Assembly (NCBI RefSeq): GCF_032444005.1
Contig: NC_091290.1
Coordinates: forward strand, 39,866,001 to 39,930,000
Length of the DNA: 64,000 nucleotides
Direction of reading: 5' to 3'
Source: Ranitomeya imitator
Lineage: Eukaryota
The notes under the pieces are model-generated. The model saw nothing but the letters and a program-made list of their open reading frames with translations. It searched no databases and was not told the origin of the DNA. Below are positions 1 to 12,659 of the stretch, in pieces. Numbering within the stretch: the first letter of the stretch is position 1; each line of letters starts with the position of its first letter. Made by a program: the position numbers and the translations under genes.

Positions 1-1207
1 GTTACAACTCTGTGTCAACAGTCCAATTTTTGCATAGACAAACATTCTTTTGCAGTACATTTTTGGATGCATGACTCAAATTTAAAGGGTTATTCCAAGA
101 AGTAAAAGTTATCCCTCACCCGACTGATGGGATAGGGAATATATTAGTGATTTTTGTTTAGTTTTTTTCCACTGAATCCAGAGAACTGAGATCTGCAGAG
201 CCCCATCTAGAATGGAGCAAAGGTGCACAAACTCTGCTCCATTCACGGTCAATAGGAATGGCGGAGAAAGAGGAGTACAGTGCCTGGCTATCTCCAATAA
301 ATGTCTGATAATCGAGCATTGGCAGAGTCTCGTTCCTAGCGGCTGGACCTTCAGCTATCAGTAAGTAATCCCCTATTCCATGGCTAGGGCATAACGTTCA
401 TCCCCGGGAGTACCCCGTTAATAGACCAACGAAATCAACATGGGATACCTGTGGTAAGGACCCTGCGAAACAACATGCCATTAAAAAAAAAAAACACACT
501 GTCAAAACTGTGCTGAATTATGCAAAAACTGCGGCAGAGCTGTATTGTCTTACCCTATGGCTCATGCAGATGTCCATGAATCTTGGTCCAAGCAAGAACC
601 GCAATACACGGACTGGACGCGATTCTCCCGACCTGAGCCCGGCAGCCTCGTAGAAACGTATGAAACTGACCCCCGGCCATTCCGTGCATTATAGTCCATG
701 CTTGGACCGTTTTTGTATAGACATCTGCATGAACCCTAAAAGCTGCATTTATCCTAATAGATAAAAAGAAATGTGGTCAAGACGAAGATGTAACATTAGG
801 AGCCATAAATTCAAGTACGGTAAATAGGTAACTACGTAATCAGGCTCGGACTGGCCCCCAGGAGGACAGGGGAATCCTCCGGTAGGCCGCCTCTGTAAAG
901 GAGTGTTAATAAGTAGTGCTATTACACTTAATTCATTGCAGATAAAAGGTGTCATATAATCATTCATTAAACAAGATGGCTACATTAATATGACAAAGAA
1001 GCAAAAGTAAATTTGTTCTTTATGGTCAGGGTATTTTTGCATGTAGCTGAACAGTGGGCTCCAAGAATCAATATTACTGATGGGCCTTTGCCATCCCAGT
1101 CCAACACTGTGCGTAATACATGATCACCGCTGAGTGGGAGGCTACTTGCTATCGTACATTTCCAGGAGAAAACTGACAGTCTTCATTTTTGGAATATACA
1201 TCCTTAC

Positions 1208-1376
1208 CATGAGGTCAAGAAGAAGATGTAATATGGTGCAGAAACACTAAACTGAAGCCATCGCCAGTCTCGAACCACATATGCAATTCCTGCCAGAGCG
1301 AGCTGTCCACATGTAAAACCATAAGCAAAGAGTGTGCCGACCAGAGTCCGGCCTCTGGGTGCCGTCCATTCTAGAC
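1208..1376 (-). CDS. SLC22 transporter coding exon 4 (gene continues beyond the left edge)
   Basis: LEWTAPRGRTLVGTLFAYGFTCGQLALAGIAYVVRDWRWLQFSVSAPYYIFFLTSW. 169 nt, GCAG acceptor and GTAAGG donor. No exon 5 recognised in 1-1207. Confidence 0.95.
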
Positions 1377-1462
1377 CTGCAAAAGAGAATAGTTTTGGCT
1401 GACTTTCAGTGTCAGACGTTACGCCGATTTCAATGCATAATCTAGTCCTAGAAACTCTTTAA

Positions 1463-1858
1463 AAGGCACCGGAGTTTGGCTTTCTAATCTGAGATCTGGA
1501 TGATGTAGGGGCGGAGGTCCTGATTCCAGCAATGGTTCACTTGCTGGTCTGCATGCTGTCATTTAGGTCCAATCACCTAGCAGTCAGAGCTTGGAATGCT
1601 GAGCCTTATAAAACCCCGCCCACATCACTGATTGGAAGAAAGCTACCAATGAGTGGTGGGGGCAGGGTTTACAAAGCACTTGACTAGGAGGCATGAAACA
1701 CCTAGTCCTTTAGTGATAATCTCCTGGTGATAAAACACTGATTTTATAGAAACAGCAGCACACATCCTATTAAGAGACACATCGCAGGAAACAGGGTCTC
1801 AGCCCCCACATCATACAGCGCTCAGATTACTTAGAAAAAACCTACTGAAAGTTTCCCT
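1463..1858. mobile_element. T2/Kolobok-like non-autonomous DNA transposon
   Basis: TTAA on both sides, right end ...TTTCCCT. Internal sequence shared with copies near 19842 and 60384. Confidence 0.5.
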
Positions 1859-2311
1859 TTAAATGAAAAAGTAGAAAAATGGCATACATTTTTAGAGTTT
1901 TTTTTTTTATGGCGTCCTGAAAGTAGCTTTGAAGGAGTTTTCCAGAGTTACAGTCCGGTGCACAACATATGGATAGGTGTAGTGTAGGTTTTGGAAACTC
2001 AGGAAAACCCATTTAAAGAGATGTAGTTGGAGAACTAATGTATATAAAAAAAAATTAAAAATCCTGCCACATTTGCTCTAAAGTTTAAGGAACCAATCAG
2101 TGGATAGAGACCTCTACAGGAATTTTCTCATAATCATAAATGGGTGAAATTGCAAAAGTGCAAGCAGGAATCCGGGAGGCAGGGGAGCAGTGCACTCCTG
2201 AAGAAAGGAGCCCGAGATTAACCCTTTCATTTTTAATAAACTAATATTATATGTAAGATTGATAACTATCAAAGCAATAATTTGGGATTACAGGGAGCGT
2301 AGTCCACATAC

Positions 2312-2466
2312 ACAAAGAGATGGTGTTGAGAACAATCCCAGAGAAAGCCATCCCGCACAAGTACCGGAAGACGCAGTAAGTCACAAAGCTGGGAAGGAAG
2401 GCAGCACACGTGCCCGATACAGCCATGGTCAGGCAAGAACTGCTCAGAATGGCTTTTCGTCCAAAC
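2312..2466 (-). CDS. SLC22 transporter coding exon 3
   Basis: FGRKAILSSSCLTMAVSGTCAAFLPSFVTYCVFRYLCGMAFSGIVLNTISL. Completes the MFS D-R-x-G-R motif across the junction. 155 nt, AG/GT boundaries, phase compatible. Confidence 0.95.
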
Positions 2467-3188
2467 CTGATAAATACAAAATCAAAATGTATTATTTATT
2501 GAATATAACAATAGGACAACCCATCTGGCTTCACTTTTTTTTCATCAATCTTTTCCTAAACTACTTGATTCTAAAGTATATATACATTGTACAGTACAAC
2601 ATTCACTAGATACAATGCTAAGCTATTAATACCTGTGGTCTCCACAGAATCATATTGCACCCCCAAAAGTCTCCCAGTCATCAGGGCAGGCAATGGGGCG
2701 ACAGAAGGAGCCTTCTCCCTCTGTCAAACACCTTAGATGCTGCAATCACTATTGGACGCAACATCTGAGGGGCTAAACTTCAACGCTGTGAGAGGCTAAA
2801 ACTAGTTAAAGCCCCTTTCTGACATTGTTTTTTTCCTTACAAGAAAAACAGTTTTTTTTCACCAGTGCTATGCAGTGTTTTGCCAGATCTGATTTTTTTT
2901 TTACCCATTTTTGATCCATGTGTCCATTTTTACCATTAGTATTTCATTCATTTTTATTGTTGTGGACCAAATCGAGACGTAGTAGGGCTTGGTCTGAAGG
3001 GATCTTATGAGTAGGGCCATGTGGGTTATCGAGCCGTGGCAAAATCTGTGACAAATCCGTGGCTAAATGAGTTGAGAATTTTTGCGCAGACTGCAATCTA
3101 TGCATTGCAAAGGGTGAAAACTAATTGACTCGGAGCACATTACATTACAGCACGGAAACAAGAAATCCAAAACAAAGAAAAAAAAAAT

Positions 3189-3403
3189 GGCGTCTCCGAT
3201 AAAATATATGCAGCTTTATTACGCTTCCATTAGAGAGAGGTCACAATAGGACAGCGTTCTGGTCTTAACACGTTTCGACTCAAACAGTTTTCATCGTAAC
3301 GTGTCCCTCGTGTTGAAAAGCGTTAACACCAGAGCGCTGTCCTATTATGGCTTCTTTTTAATGAAAGTGCAATAAAGCTGCACATATTTTATCTGAGACA
3401 CCT
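3189..3403. mobile_element. Fold-back element resembling an inverted pair of Penelope-like terminal repeats
   Basis: Arms such as GATAAAATATATGCAGCTTTATT / AATAAAGCTGCACATATTTTATC and AATAGGACAGCGTTCTGGT / ACCAGAGCGCTGTCCTATT; decayed GAAACGYGT motifs. Confidence 0.5.
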
Positions 3404-3826
3404 GGTTTTTCTTTGGATTGGATTTACCTGCCCTAGCCGAGGGGCTCGCTGAATCTCTGAACTTCATGCATTGGCGGAGACCCTACAACGGTGAGCTGAC
3501 TTATCTTTCTGCTTTACAGAATCAAGAAAATCACTAGCGTATCTGCCTTGTTTGAACATAACTTAACGTCATAGATTATTTCTTTAAGGGCGCAATCAGA
3601 CGGCCATATAACACGGACGATAATCTGCTCGGACTGGCCGGCGGCTATCCTGACCAGAGCGTGACAGCCTGTATTTCTATGCAGTTGCCTCGCTTGGGTC
3701 AGGAGAGCTTCCGGCCAGTCCATGCAAAGAAATGCAATTTTTGTCCATGTTATATGGCCGTCTAACTGCGCCCTACATGTGTGCCCACCATCTGAACCAC
3801 CACAAACACATATTATGTAAGATTAC

Positions 3827-3930
3827 CTGTCAGACAAACTCCCGAGCATGAAAGCTCCAGCCAACACCCCGGCCATGTAAATTGATTGAGCTACTTGTCT
3901 CATTTTTCGATGGTTACAGACTAAGTCCCA
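3827..3930 (-). CDS. SLC22 transporter coding exon 2
   Basis: WDLVCNHRKMRQVAQSIYMAGVLAGAFMLGSLSDR. 104 nt, polypyrimidine-CAG acceptor and GTAATC donor. Not in the ORF track. Confidence 0.95.
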
Positions 3931-4330
3931 CTGCACGGGAAGGGGGGGGGGGAGAAAAAAACTGTAAGTCATATCACACAAAGCAACAGAACTTTATTGG
4001 ATTCTTAAAAAGAGACGTCATCCAAAAAGAACAAAATTACGGAAGCCATAGATGTGTTAAAAATAATGAAATCAAGCACACTTAGCTTGTGTCAGCCGTG
4101 CCGACATGGGGGAACATAGGGCGAGGACTGAAGCCAGGTGTAAAATTGGCTATACACATGCGATAGTGGTTGGTCGGAAGCTAGCCCTCCTAATTTGCTC
4201 CCAAACATGAACTTTCAGCATGATTGAGAATATAAAAAAATGGAGTCCGGATCACCAGGACTGGATTTTCATTTTCAAAAGAAAATACAGTGTATGCAAA
4301 AGAAATATTTACATGGTCGACATTACCCAA

Positions 4331-4369
4331 TCGACGCGTTTCGACTGCACTAGGCAGTCTTACTCATGA
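4331..4369 (-). ncRNA. Minimal type-I hammerhead-ribozyme-like motif (Penelope type, A3-U8 variant)
   Basis: Minus strand: AUGAGUA-A-GACUGC(CUAGU)GCAGUC-GAAA-CGCG-UC. Perfect 6-bp stem II, palindromic stem III, GUC triplet; stem I only 2 bp. Confidence 0.55.
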
Positions 4370-5438
4370 AGAAAAAAAGTGTGCAGAAATCAGGGCTCAT
4401 ATTCTGACAGACAGCATTCATCTGATTTTAAGGGCTTGTCCCACAAACAAAGCACATTTTAATTAATAGATCTTGGAATAATAATTGGATGTTTAAAAAA
4501 CAAATGTTCCTGTACTATGATAATTTTATAAATGTGCCCTTGCATATCTCACTTATGATAAGAGAGTATACAGACAAAACAGCAGGAGCTTGCAACTGCT
4601 TCTTTTTGATGTAACACATTTCCCTGCCTGTTTTATCACAGCAGCTAGTGTTTCTGCTGAGTCACCAGTGCTGTGAGCTCATCATAAATCAAGTGAGTGA
4701 TATATAAGCTTAGAGGCTGAAAAAGCTTCTATGTCAATGACTTGATTAATGAAGAGCTCAAAGGCTGGAGATGTGGCAGAAACACTCACTCCTGTGATAA
4801 AACAGGCAGGGAAATATGTTACCTAATAAAATAGCAGCTTCAAGACATTGATGTTTCGTCTGTAAGTGACTTAAGCTATCTCCACTGGCCAGAAGCTGTG
4901 GTATGTGAAGACCATGAACTGGAGCAGCTCTACATGGTCAGACACAGCCATTACACAGTAGGAACACATTTATAAGATTTTCTTAGCACAGGAACATTTT
5001 TAACATATCCAATTGAGGAACATATTATTACTCCAAGATCAATTGATTTAAAAATGTACTTTGTTTGTGTGACAACTCCTTTATGAAATGTAGCACTACA
5101 TTTCACCTGCAGAGGAAATGACTGTGAGGCTTCCCCAACCAACTAGATGATTTTTGGAGGGGAAAACTTTACCAGTCATACATTTTCCCTACAGGCTGTA
5201 GCACCATTTGATGAGACAAGCCTTTAAGTATTCAATCTATGTTTTATATGAAACGTCGCAGAATTAAACATGCATATCTGCAATTGCACAGCCGGGCTCG
5301 GATTTACGTTGCTGTTAGTCGGACAACGTCAATGGGATGACGTGATCTCTTTAAAGGGATTTTTCACAAAAATGCATTGAATGAGCGTGAAATGAATACT
5401 GGTATCATAATAGATGGCTAAACAGAATTTGCACGTAC

Positions 5439-5804
5439 CTCAGTGACGATGGTGGAGGAGAAGGCACTCCGATCATAAACCCAACCATCTTTACAAGGTT
5501 CAGTTTCCTTCCTGAGTGTACCATTTTTCCAATAAAGATGCTCAGAATTCGTGAACCGCATGCACCTCTTGGCATTTTGATCCTCCTCCTGCGGTATGAA
5601 TGCACCCAAGTTACTTTGGTTAGAATTAATTGTAGAATTATCCACACCCGGTATCCAACAGCGGTGCGCCGGTATCGCAGCAGTAAAATTTTGAAGAAAG
5701 CTATGAGTAGCCATAAAAGTCATTGGGATCAAAAGCATTGCAGTGTTGATCACCTGAAATCTTCCTAGCCCCCCAACAATTTCTAGGACGTCATTAAACC
5801 CCAT
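5439..5804 (-). CDS. SLC22 organic anion transporter (SLC22A6/SLC22A20-like), coding exon 1
   Basis: MGFNDVLEIVGGLGRFQ...HRCW...PCKDGWVYDRSAFSSTIVTE is the typical OAT N-terminus (TM1 plus glycosylated, Cys-containing loop). 366 nt, ends at a GTACGT donor, phase 0. Confidence 0.95.
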
Positions 5805-6683
5805 TATGATTCACTTTCTAGTTTCTGCCCCCCCCCCTGTGGACAGTAAAGAAGACAAATAAAATTGGAATTTGCCAGTCCAATAGTAGATTCCTAGCTC
5901 TACCTCCGAGGGGTCAAATTGTATTAAGTACCCCAAATCACTGCCCGGACTGTCTTGTCTTGACACTGTGTAAGACACGGGTCATATTCTCTATGTCATA
6001 GGTATGGACCAGAATATAAGTGAAGAGGGAGGAGAACCGCTCATGTGTATAATGGCCAATAGTCATTCCTCAAGTTGCAATGTTATTTCTGGAAAAGTTA
6101 ATTTTTGGCTAGTTAAAACAGATTGATTACAGATATGGATGAAAGGCCATGTTACAATCAGCTACCGAGCATCAGCAATAATTTATACAGTTAAAGAGCT
6201 ACCGTATGCCAGTGAAGGACAGATATATCACCAGCTGTATTCATTGCTGACTTTGTAGTTATGATTCTCTCATGGGCCGATTATGCTAATCACACTCGTT
6301 CGAACTCTGTCTGAGTAAGATCCAATTCTTTCGCATGTGAGAATCGCATCATAACTGTGGAGAAGATGGAAAACTTAATTTCTCCATCTTCTCCATTGTG
6401 TGAGTCCGCGGATAACGTCACAGTGCAGCCCGACGTTTCACACGCACCCATAGTCTTGTATTAGTGCGCGTGATCCGAATTCCAGAGTCACTCGCAGCAC
6501 GCTGTGACTTTAATAAGCAGATCTGCACTGCCTCATAGTACACTGGTCCCACTGCTGTCCGATAAAACATCAGAGAGCACCCGGCTGTTTTGTACAATTG
6601 TGTGAACGAGCCCTTAAAAACAAAATTCAGTTGTTATACTTTCTTTTTTTAAATAATGTTTCTAGTAAAAAAAAAATTTTAAA

Positions 6684-7085
6684 TTACAAAAAGGAAAATG
6701 AGTCGATGCAAAAGTTTCGGTTCCCTGCATGGTTAGTAGCCACATTTGCAAGTATCACATCTTGTAAACGCTTTTTGTAGCCAATCAAGAGTCTTTCAAT
6801 TTGTGTTTGAGTGATTTTCATCCATTCTTCCAGTTCTGTGAGATTCCTGGGTCGTCTTGCATCCTCTGCTATTTTGAGGTCTAGACACAGATTTTCAATG
6901 ATGTTCAGATCTGGGGACTGTGAGGGCCATTGTAAAACCTTCAGCTTGCATCTTTTGACGTAGACTATTGTGGATTTTGACGTGTGTTTAGGTTCATTAT
7001 CCATTTGTAGAAGCAATCAGCTTTTCAACATCAGCTTTTTTACAGATGGTGTAATGTTTATATCAAGAATTTATTGAATTTTAAC
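6684..7085 (-). mobile_element. Tc1/mariner transposase remnant (C-terminal DDE region)
   Basis: VLQWPSQSPDLNIIENL...RPRNLTELEE is the Tc1 WPSQSPDLNPIEN motif; no full-length ORF. Confidence 0.85.
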
Positions 7086-8130
7086 CCATTCTTTCCTCTA
7101 CCTGTGAAATGTTCCACGTGCCACTGGCTGCAACACAATCCCTCGTATCAGCCAAACTTGGTGACAGGTTTACTTTAACTTTTCACAATAACAGTAATTT
7201 TTGACCAGAGCCGAAAACATAAGTGCGCATGCGCCCGTGGTAGGTCAAAGCATAGTGCGCAGGCGCAAGCCGCGATTTCAAGTCATTTAAATGAGGACGG
7301 CAAGCAGCAGACAGGAGGAGGGATGGAGAGGCCCAAAACCACGCCCAAGTTTTTTGGGGGTATACAGGGGCAGGCATGGGGTTATATAAGCATTCGTGGA
7401 ATGCACCATAGGTGCTGAATAATGTGATAGTTTTAGCTGATATATGACAAAACACGTGACAGGGTCGCTTTAAGGCCGGCTGCAGATGAGAAACTGTCAC
7501 AGTTTCATCCAGAAAACGCAGATTAATTTTTTTCCAATTTTCATCCGTTTTCATACATTAAAAAATGTACATGATCAAATACAGTTTCCTAGGTTTATAA
7601 TAGAAATCGGATGCCACTCTGATGTTCCATAGATCCTTTTTTTTTGCACCCATAGACCTGAATGTGTGAGTCTCATCGGATACGAAGAAGAAAGTGATGC
7701 ATGCTGCCATTTTTTTTCTCACGGAAACTTGGACTGAGAAAACAATTGTTCAGTGTGTGGTCCGATCAAGAATCGTACAGCACATGTCTGATTTCTATGC
7801 TTGTTGGCATGAGCCCTAAGGCAGATACTTTTGAGTTGTTGGTTAAACAGGCAACAGCATTACCGTGGCACCTGTCATGTCAAAAATCGCTATTTACCTG
7901 CAGATAAGGGGTTTATTAATTAAATTGATTATATACACGGAGCATAAACAAACATAAAAACACTAAAATGAAATAACAAATCTAGGTCAAAGCCCCCCAA
8001 ATTATGACACGTAGACCCAGCTGACAACAGATATGTGCAAGAAGCGGGTTGACAACAAATATAAGAAATGAGCTATCAAAATCAAAAAGAAAAAATTATA
8101 TTCCTAGGTCTAAGTGCGTGGGTCAGAGTT

Positions 8131-8168
8131 CCAAACTTGTTTCGCCATTAATTCGGCTTCATCAGGGG
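8131..8168 (-). ncRNA. Decayed Penelope-type hammerhead-like motif
   Basis: Minus strand: CUGAUGA-A-GCC(GAAUUAAU)GGC-GAAA-CAAGUU. Core intact, stems I and III degenerate. Confidence 0.4.
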
Positions 8169-8439
8169 TCAGGGACATCTATAGACGTTACCTGGTTGAC
8201 TTGTACGTAAGTTCTATATGTTTGAGGAGCATCTTATTTTGATGGAATAGGGTACTTGTCTTTTACACAAGTATGATTTTCAGGAGCCCAAATGTTGCCA
8301 GAGAGTCTAATCTGTATCTAAATCAATTTACAGTAGCTTTCAGGGTCAACGTTCCATTTTCCACCATCAGTGATCATATGTGTGCACTGGTCCCTAAGTC
8401 CTAACTTGCCATTACTATGAAAATAAAAGCTCTTTGACA

Positions 8440-8570
8440 AAGGTAATAATTCAGATATCCTTATTCTACCTCACTCCTCTTGGTATCTGTTTTGATCTGT
8501 GTCTATTGTTATGCTGTAATGTCTATTATCTGTACAAGTCCCCTCTACAATGTTAAGCGCTGCGGAATAT
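8440..8570 (+). mobile_element. 3' tail of an L2-clade LINE or L2-tailed SINE
   Basis: Ends ...AAGCGCTGCGGAATATGTTGGCGCTATATAAATAAA. An opposite-orientation relative lies at about 8950-9080. Confidence 0.5.
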
Positions 8571-10065
8571 GTTGGCGCTATATAAATAAAACGATTATCG
8601 ATTCTTCTTGGTTCAATCGAAGAAGTGGAGGAAGGAGACTATAATTGGGGGGTTGGAAGCAGCTCGGGTGATAAGGACGTGGCAGCAGGGTTCTGTAGGC
8701 ATCGGATGACGTGATTGTGGACACATGGTGGTTGGGTCCTCCTGAACGCCACCGTCAATGCCATCTTGGGCTCCTGTGAACTGCCATTTTCCATATACTG
8801 CATGATAGTTGTGATCATGTCCAGCACTCCATCTCCAAATATCCGTAATCCCATCACTAAGAACCGAACATACTTCTAGGTTAGGATTTTTTACTCGGGA
8901 TGTCCCGTTTTTAAACTTGTGGGGGTTTTTTTTGTATCTTTTTAATGGATAATAATAATAATGTTTATTTTTATAAGTATAGCGCTAACATATTCCACAG
9001 CGCTCTACAGTTTTGCACACATTATCATCACTGTCCCCGATGGGGCTCACAATCTAAATTCCCTATCAGTATCTTTGGAATGGATCAATAAAGCCCTTAT
9101 TTAGCTTAGAAATTTGGAGGTGGAGCGCTGGATGAGAAGTCCGTCTTTTCACGCGCTCGATTATCCAACAGGGTCACATTTTCCGCGAGAGTTCAAAGCG
9201 TTTTTCATCAGATGATTATTTTTTTTTTTTTTATTAGTGTGATATTGTATTTTACAGTATAAGGGATCAGACGATTGCAGGAGCAAGTCCCCTGTAGGGA
9301 CTAAAAAGAAAAAAAAAAAATCAATGGGGGGGGGGGGTTAAATAATCAAATTATTAAAAATACAGAACTAACGTTACCCTATGCCGGTCTAGTCATGTCC
9401 CCCTAAGAGTCCAATGTATCAAAATATATTTAACCCATAAATTAAACACCCAAAATGAAATGAGAACACCGGACCGGCCAATCTGTGGTCACTAAAGAAG
9501 AAAATAATACAATAAGTTGTCAAAATGTCATCTGGATGAGAAAACAAAGTATCACTAAAACTGAAGGAACCAAAGACGCCGTCACCCAGATCCCTCTATG
9601 TAAGAAAACATTTCAGGACTCAGAATATGGCGACAGCAACGAAAACGCCAACTATTGTAAATGTAAGAAATTTTAGTTTTCATGGATAAAATATTAAAGT
9701 AACTGGGCAGGTTCTGTATGGCGCCATCTGACTGGGCAGGAGGAGCGGGGCTCCAGGTCGCTGTTACCACACGGTGAACAATGGAGAGTTTTTCTTTCCC
9801 CAATTTCACAAAACTAAGTTTTTTTTTCCATTTTCCAGTACATCGTATAATAAATAATGGTTTTTGTTCACTACTATGACTCATCCAGCAAAAAAGATAA
9901 AAAGTCTACTACTGACAAGTTCTCAGTAGATATGACAGGAAAAAACGACTATACATGGCTCTTGGGAGGAGTGGTGGAAAAAAGAAAGCATAAAATAATT
10001 ATAAAAAAAAATCTCCTGGTCACTAACATGTTAATGCACCGTGACATGACCGGAGCCGCAAACTA

Positions 10066-12545
10066 CCGCCCCTAGGCACTGCCGGCACTCAGGCGTCTAC
10101 TTCCGCCCCTAACCCTGGAACTGCCCGGCGCGCAGTGTCTACTTCCGCCCCTAACCCTGGCACTGCCGGCACTCAGCGTCTACTTCCGCCCCTAACCCTG
10201 GCACTGCCGGCACTCAACGTCTACTTCCGCCCCTAACCCTGGCACTGCCGGCACTCAGGCGTCCACTTCCGCCCCTAACCCTGGAACTGCCCGGCGCGCA
10301 GTGTCTACTTCCGCCCCTAACCCTGGCACTGCCGGCACTCAGCGTTTACTTCCGCCCCTAACCCTGGCACTGCCGGCACTCAGGCGTCCACTTCCGCCCC
10401 TAACCCTGGCACTGCCGGCACTCAGGCGTCCAATTCCGCCCCTAACCCTGGCACTGCCGGCACTCAGGCGTCCACTTCCGCCCCTAACCCTGGCACTGCC
10501 GGCACTCAGGCGTCCAATTCCGCCCCTAACCCTGGCACTGCCGGCACTCAGGCGTCCACTTCCGCCCCTAACCCTAGCACTGCCGGCACCCAGGAGTCCA
10601 CTTCCGCCCCTAACTCTAGCACTGCCGGCACCCAGGCGTCTACTTCCGCCCCTAACCCTGGAACTGCCCGGCGCGCAGTGTCTACTTCCGCCCCTAACCC
10701 TGGCACTGCCGGCACTCAGGCGTCCACTTCCGCCCCTAACCCTGGAACTGCCGGCACTCAGGCGTCCACTTCCGCCCCTAACCCTGGCACTGCCGGCACT
10801 CAGGCGTCTACTTCTGCCCCTAACCCTGGCACTGCCGGCACCCAGGCGTCTACTTCCGCCCCTAACCCTGGCACTGCCGGCACTCAGGCGTCCACTTCCG
10901 CCCCTAACCCTAGCACTGCCGGCACCCAGGCGTCTACTTCCGCCCCTAACCCTGGCACTGCCGGCACTCAGCGTCTACTTCCGCCCCTAACCCTGGCACT
11001 GCCGGCACTCAGCGTCTACTTCCGCCCCTAACCCTGGCACTGCCGGAACTCAGGCGTCCACTTCCGCCCCTAACCCTGGCACTGCCGGCACCCAGGCGTC
11101 TACTTCCGCCCCTAACCCTGGCACTGCCGGCACTCAGACGTCTACTTCCGCCCCTAACCCTGGCACTGCCGGCACTCAGGCGTCCACTTCCGCCCCTAAC
11201 CCTGGCACTGCCGGCACTCAGGCGTCCACTTCCGCCCCTAACCCTAGCACTGCCGGCACCCAGGCGTCCACTTCCGCCCCTAACCCTGGCACTGCCGGCA
11301 CCCAGGCGTCTACTTCCGCCCCTAACCCTGGAACTGCCCGGCGCGCAGTGTCTACTTCCGCCCCTAACCCTGGCACTGCCGGCACTCAGGCGTCCACTTC
11401 CGCCCCTAACCCTGGAACTGCTGGCACTCAGGCGTCCAGTTCCGCCCCTAACCCTGGCACTGCCGGCACTCAGGCGTCTACTTCCGCCCCTAACCCTGGA
11501 ACTGCCCGGCGCGCAGTGTCTACTTCCGCCCCTAACCCTGGCACTGCCGGCACTCAGGCGTCCACTTCCGCCCCTAACCCTGGCACTGCCGGCACTCAGC
11601 GTCTACTTCCGCCCCTAACCCTGGCACTGCCGGCACTCAGCGTCTACTTCCGCCCCTAACCCTGGCACTGCCGGAACTCAGGCGTCCACTTCCGCCCCTA
11701 ACCCTGGCACTGCCGGCACCCAGGCGTCTACTTCCGCCCCTAACCCTGGCACTGCCGGCACTCAGACGTCTACTTCCGCCCCTAACCCTGGCACTGCCGG
11801 CACTCAGGCGTCCACTTCCGCCCCTAACCCTGGCACTGCCGGCACTCAGGCGTCCACTTCCGCCCCTAACCCTAGCACTGCCGGCACCCAGGCGTCCACT
11901 TCCGCCCCTAACCCTGGCACTGCCGGCACCCAGGCGTCTACTTCCGCCCCTAACCCTGGAACTGCCCGGCGCGCAGTGTCTACTTCCGCCCCTAACCCTG
12001 GCACTGCCGGCACTCAGGCGTCCACTTCCGCCCCTAACCCTGGAACTGCTGGCACTCAGGCGTCCAGTTCCGCCCCTAACCCTGGCACTGCCGGCACCCA
12101 GGCGTCTACTTCCGCCCCTAACCCTGGAACTGCCCGGCGCGCAGTGTCTACTTCCGCCCCTAACCCTGGCACTGCCGGCACTCAGGCGTCCACTTCCGCC
12201 CCTAACCCTGGAACTGCTGGCACTCAGGCGTCCAGTTCCGCCCCTAACCCTGGCACTGCCGGCACTCAGGCGTCTACTTCCGCCCCTAACCCTGGCACTG
12301 CCGGCACTCAGGCGTCCACTTCCGCCCCTAACCCTGGCACTGCCGGCACTCAGGCGTCTACTTCCGCCCCTAACCCTGGCACTGCCGGCACTCAGGCGTC
12401 TACTTCCGCCCCTAACCCTGGCACTGCCGGCACCCAGGCGTCTACTTCCGCCCCTAACCCTGGCACTGCCGGCACTCAGGCGTCTACTTCCGCCCCTAAC
12501 CCTGGCACTGCCGACACGCAGGCGTCTACATCCGCCACTACCCGG
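10066..12545. repeat. 42-bp GC-rich minisatellite, about 59 copies, upstream of POLA2
   Basis: Unit CTTCCGCCCCTAACCCTGGCACTGCCGGCACTCAGGCGTCTA with 41-bp variants; source of the STSAPNPGTAGTQA and LPPLTLALPALRRP pseudo-ORFs. Confidence 0.97.
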
Positions 12546-12659
12546 GCGGCACTGCGCGCTGGCCCCAGTACACACTTCCTGGCAATCGCTGCCTCTCACA
12601 CGGCTCCTCCCCTGTGTCTTCCCCATATATCACGTCAGAGTCCTGACCACGCCCATGGG

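Noticed and set aside
1-1207. SLC22 exon 5 (expected WxPESxRWL-type motif)
   Set aside because: No matching frame with splice sites was found; the exon presumably lies left of the window.
9170-9215. Additional CTGATGA...GAAA motifs (near 9205 minus, 61127 plus, and a weaker one near 48180)
   Set aside because: Stems are too degenerate to call ribozymes individually; the first two are used only as supporting context.
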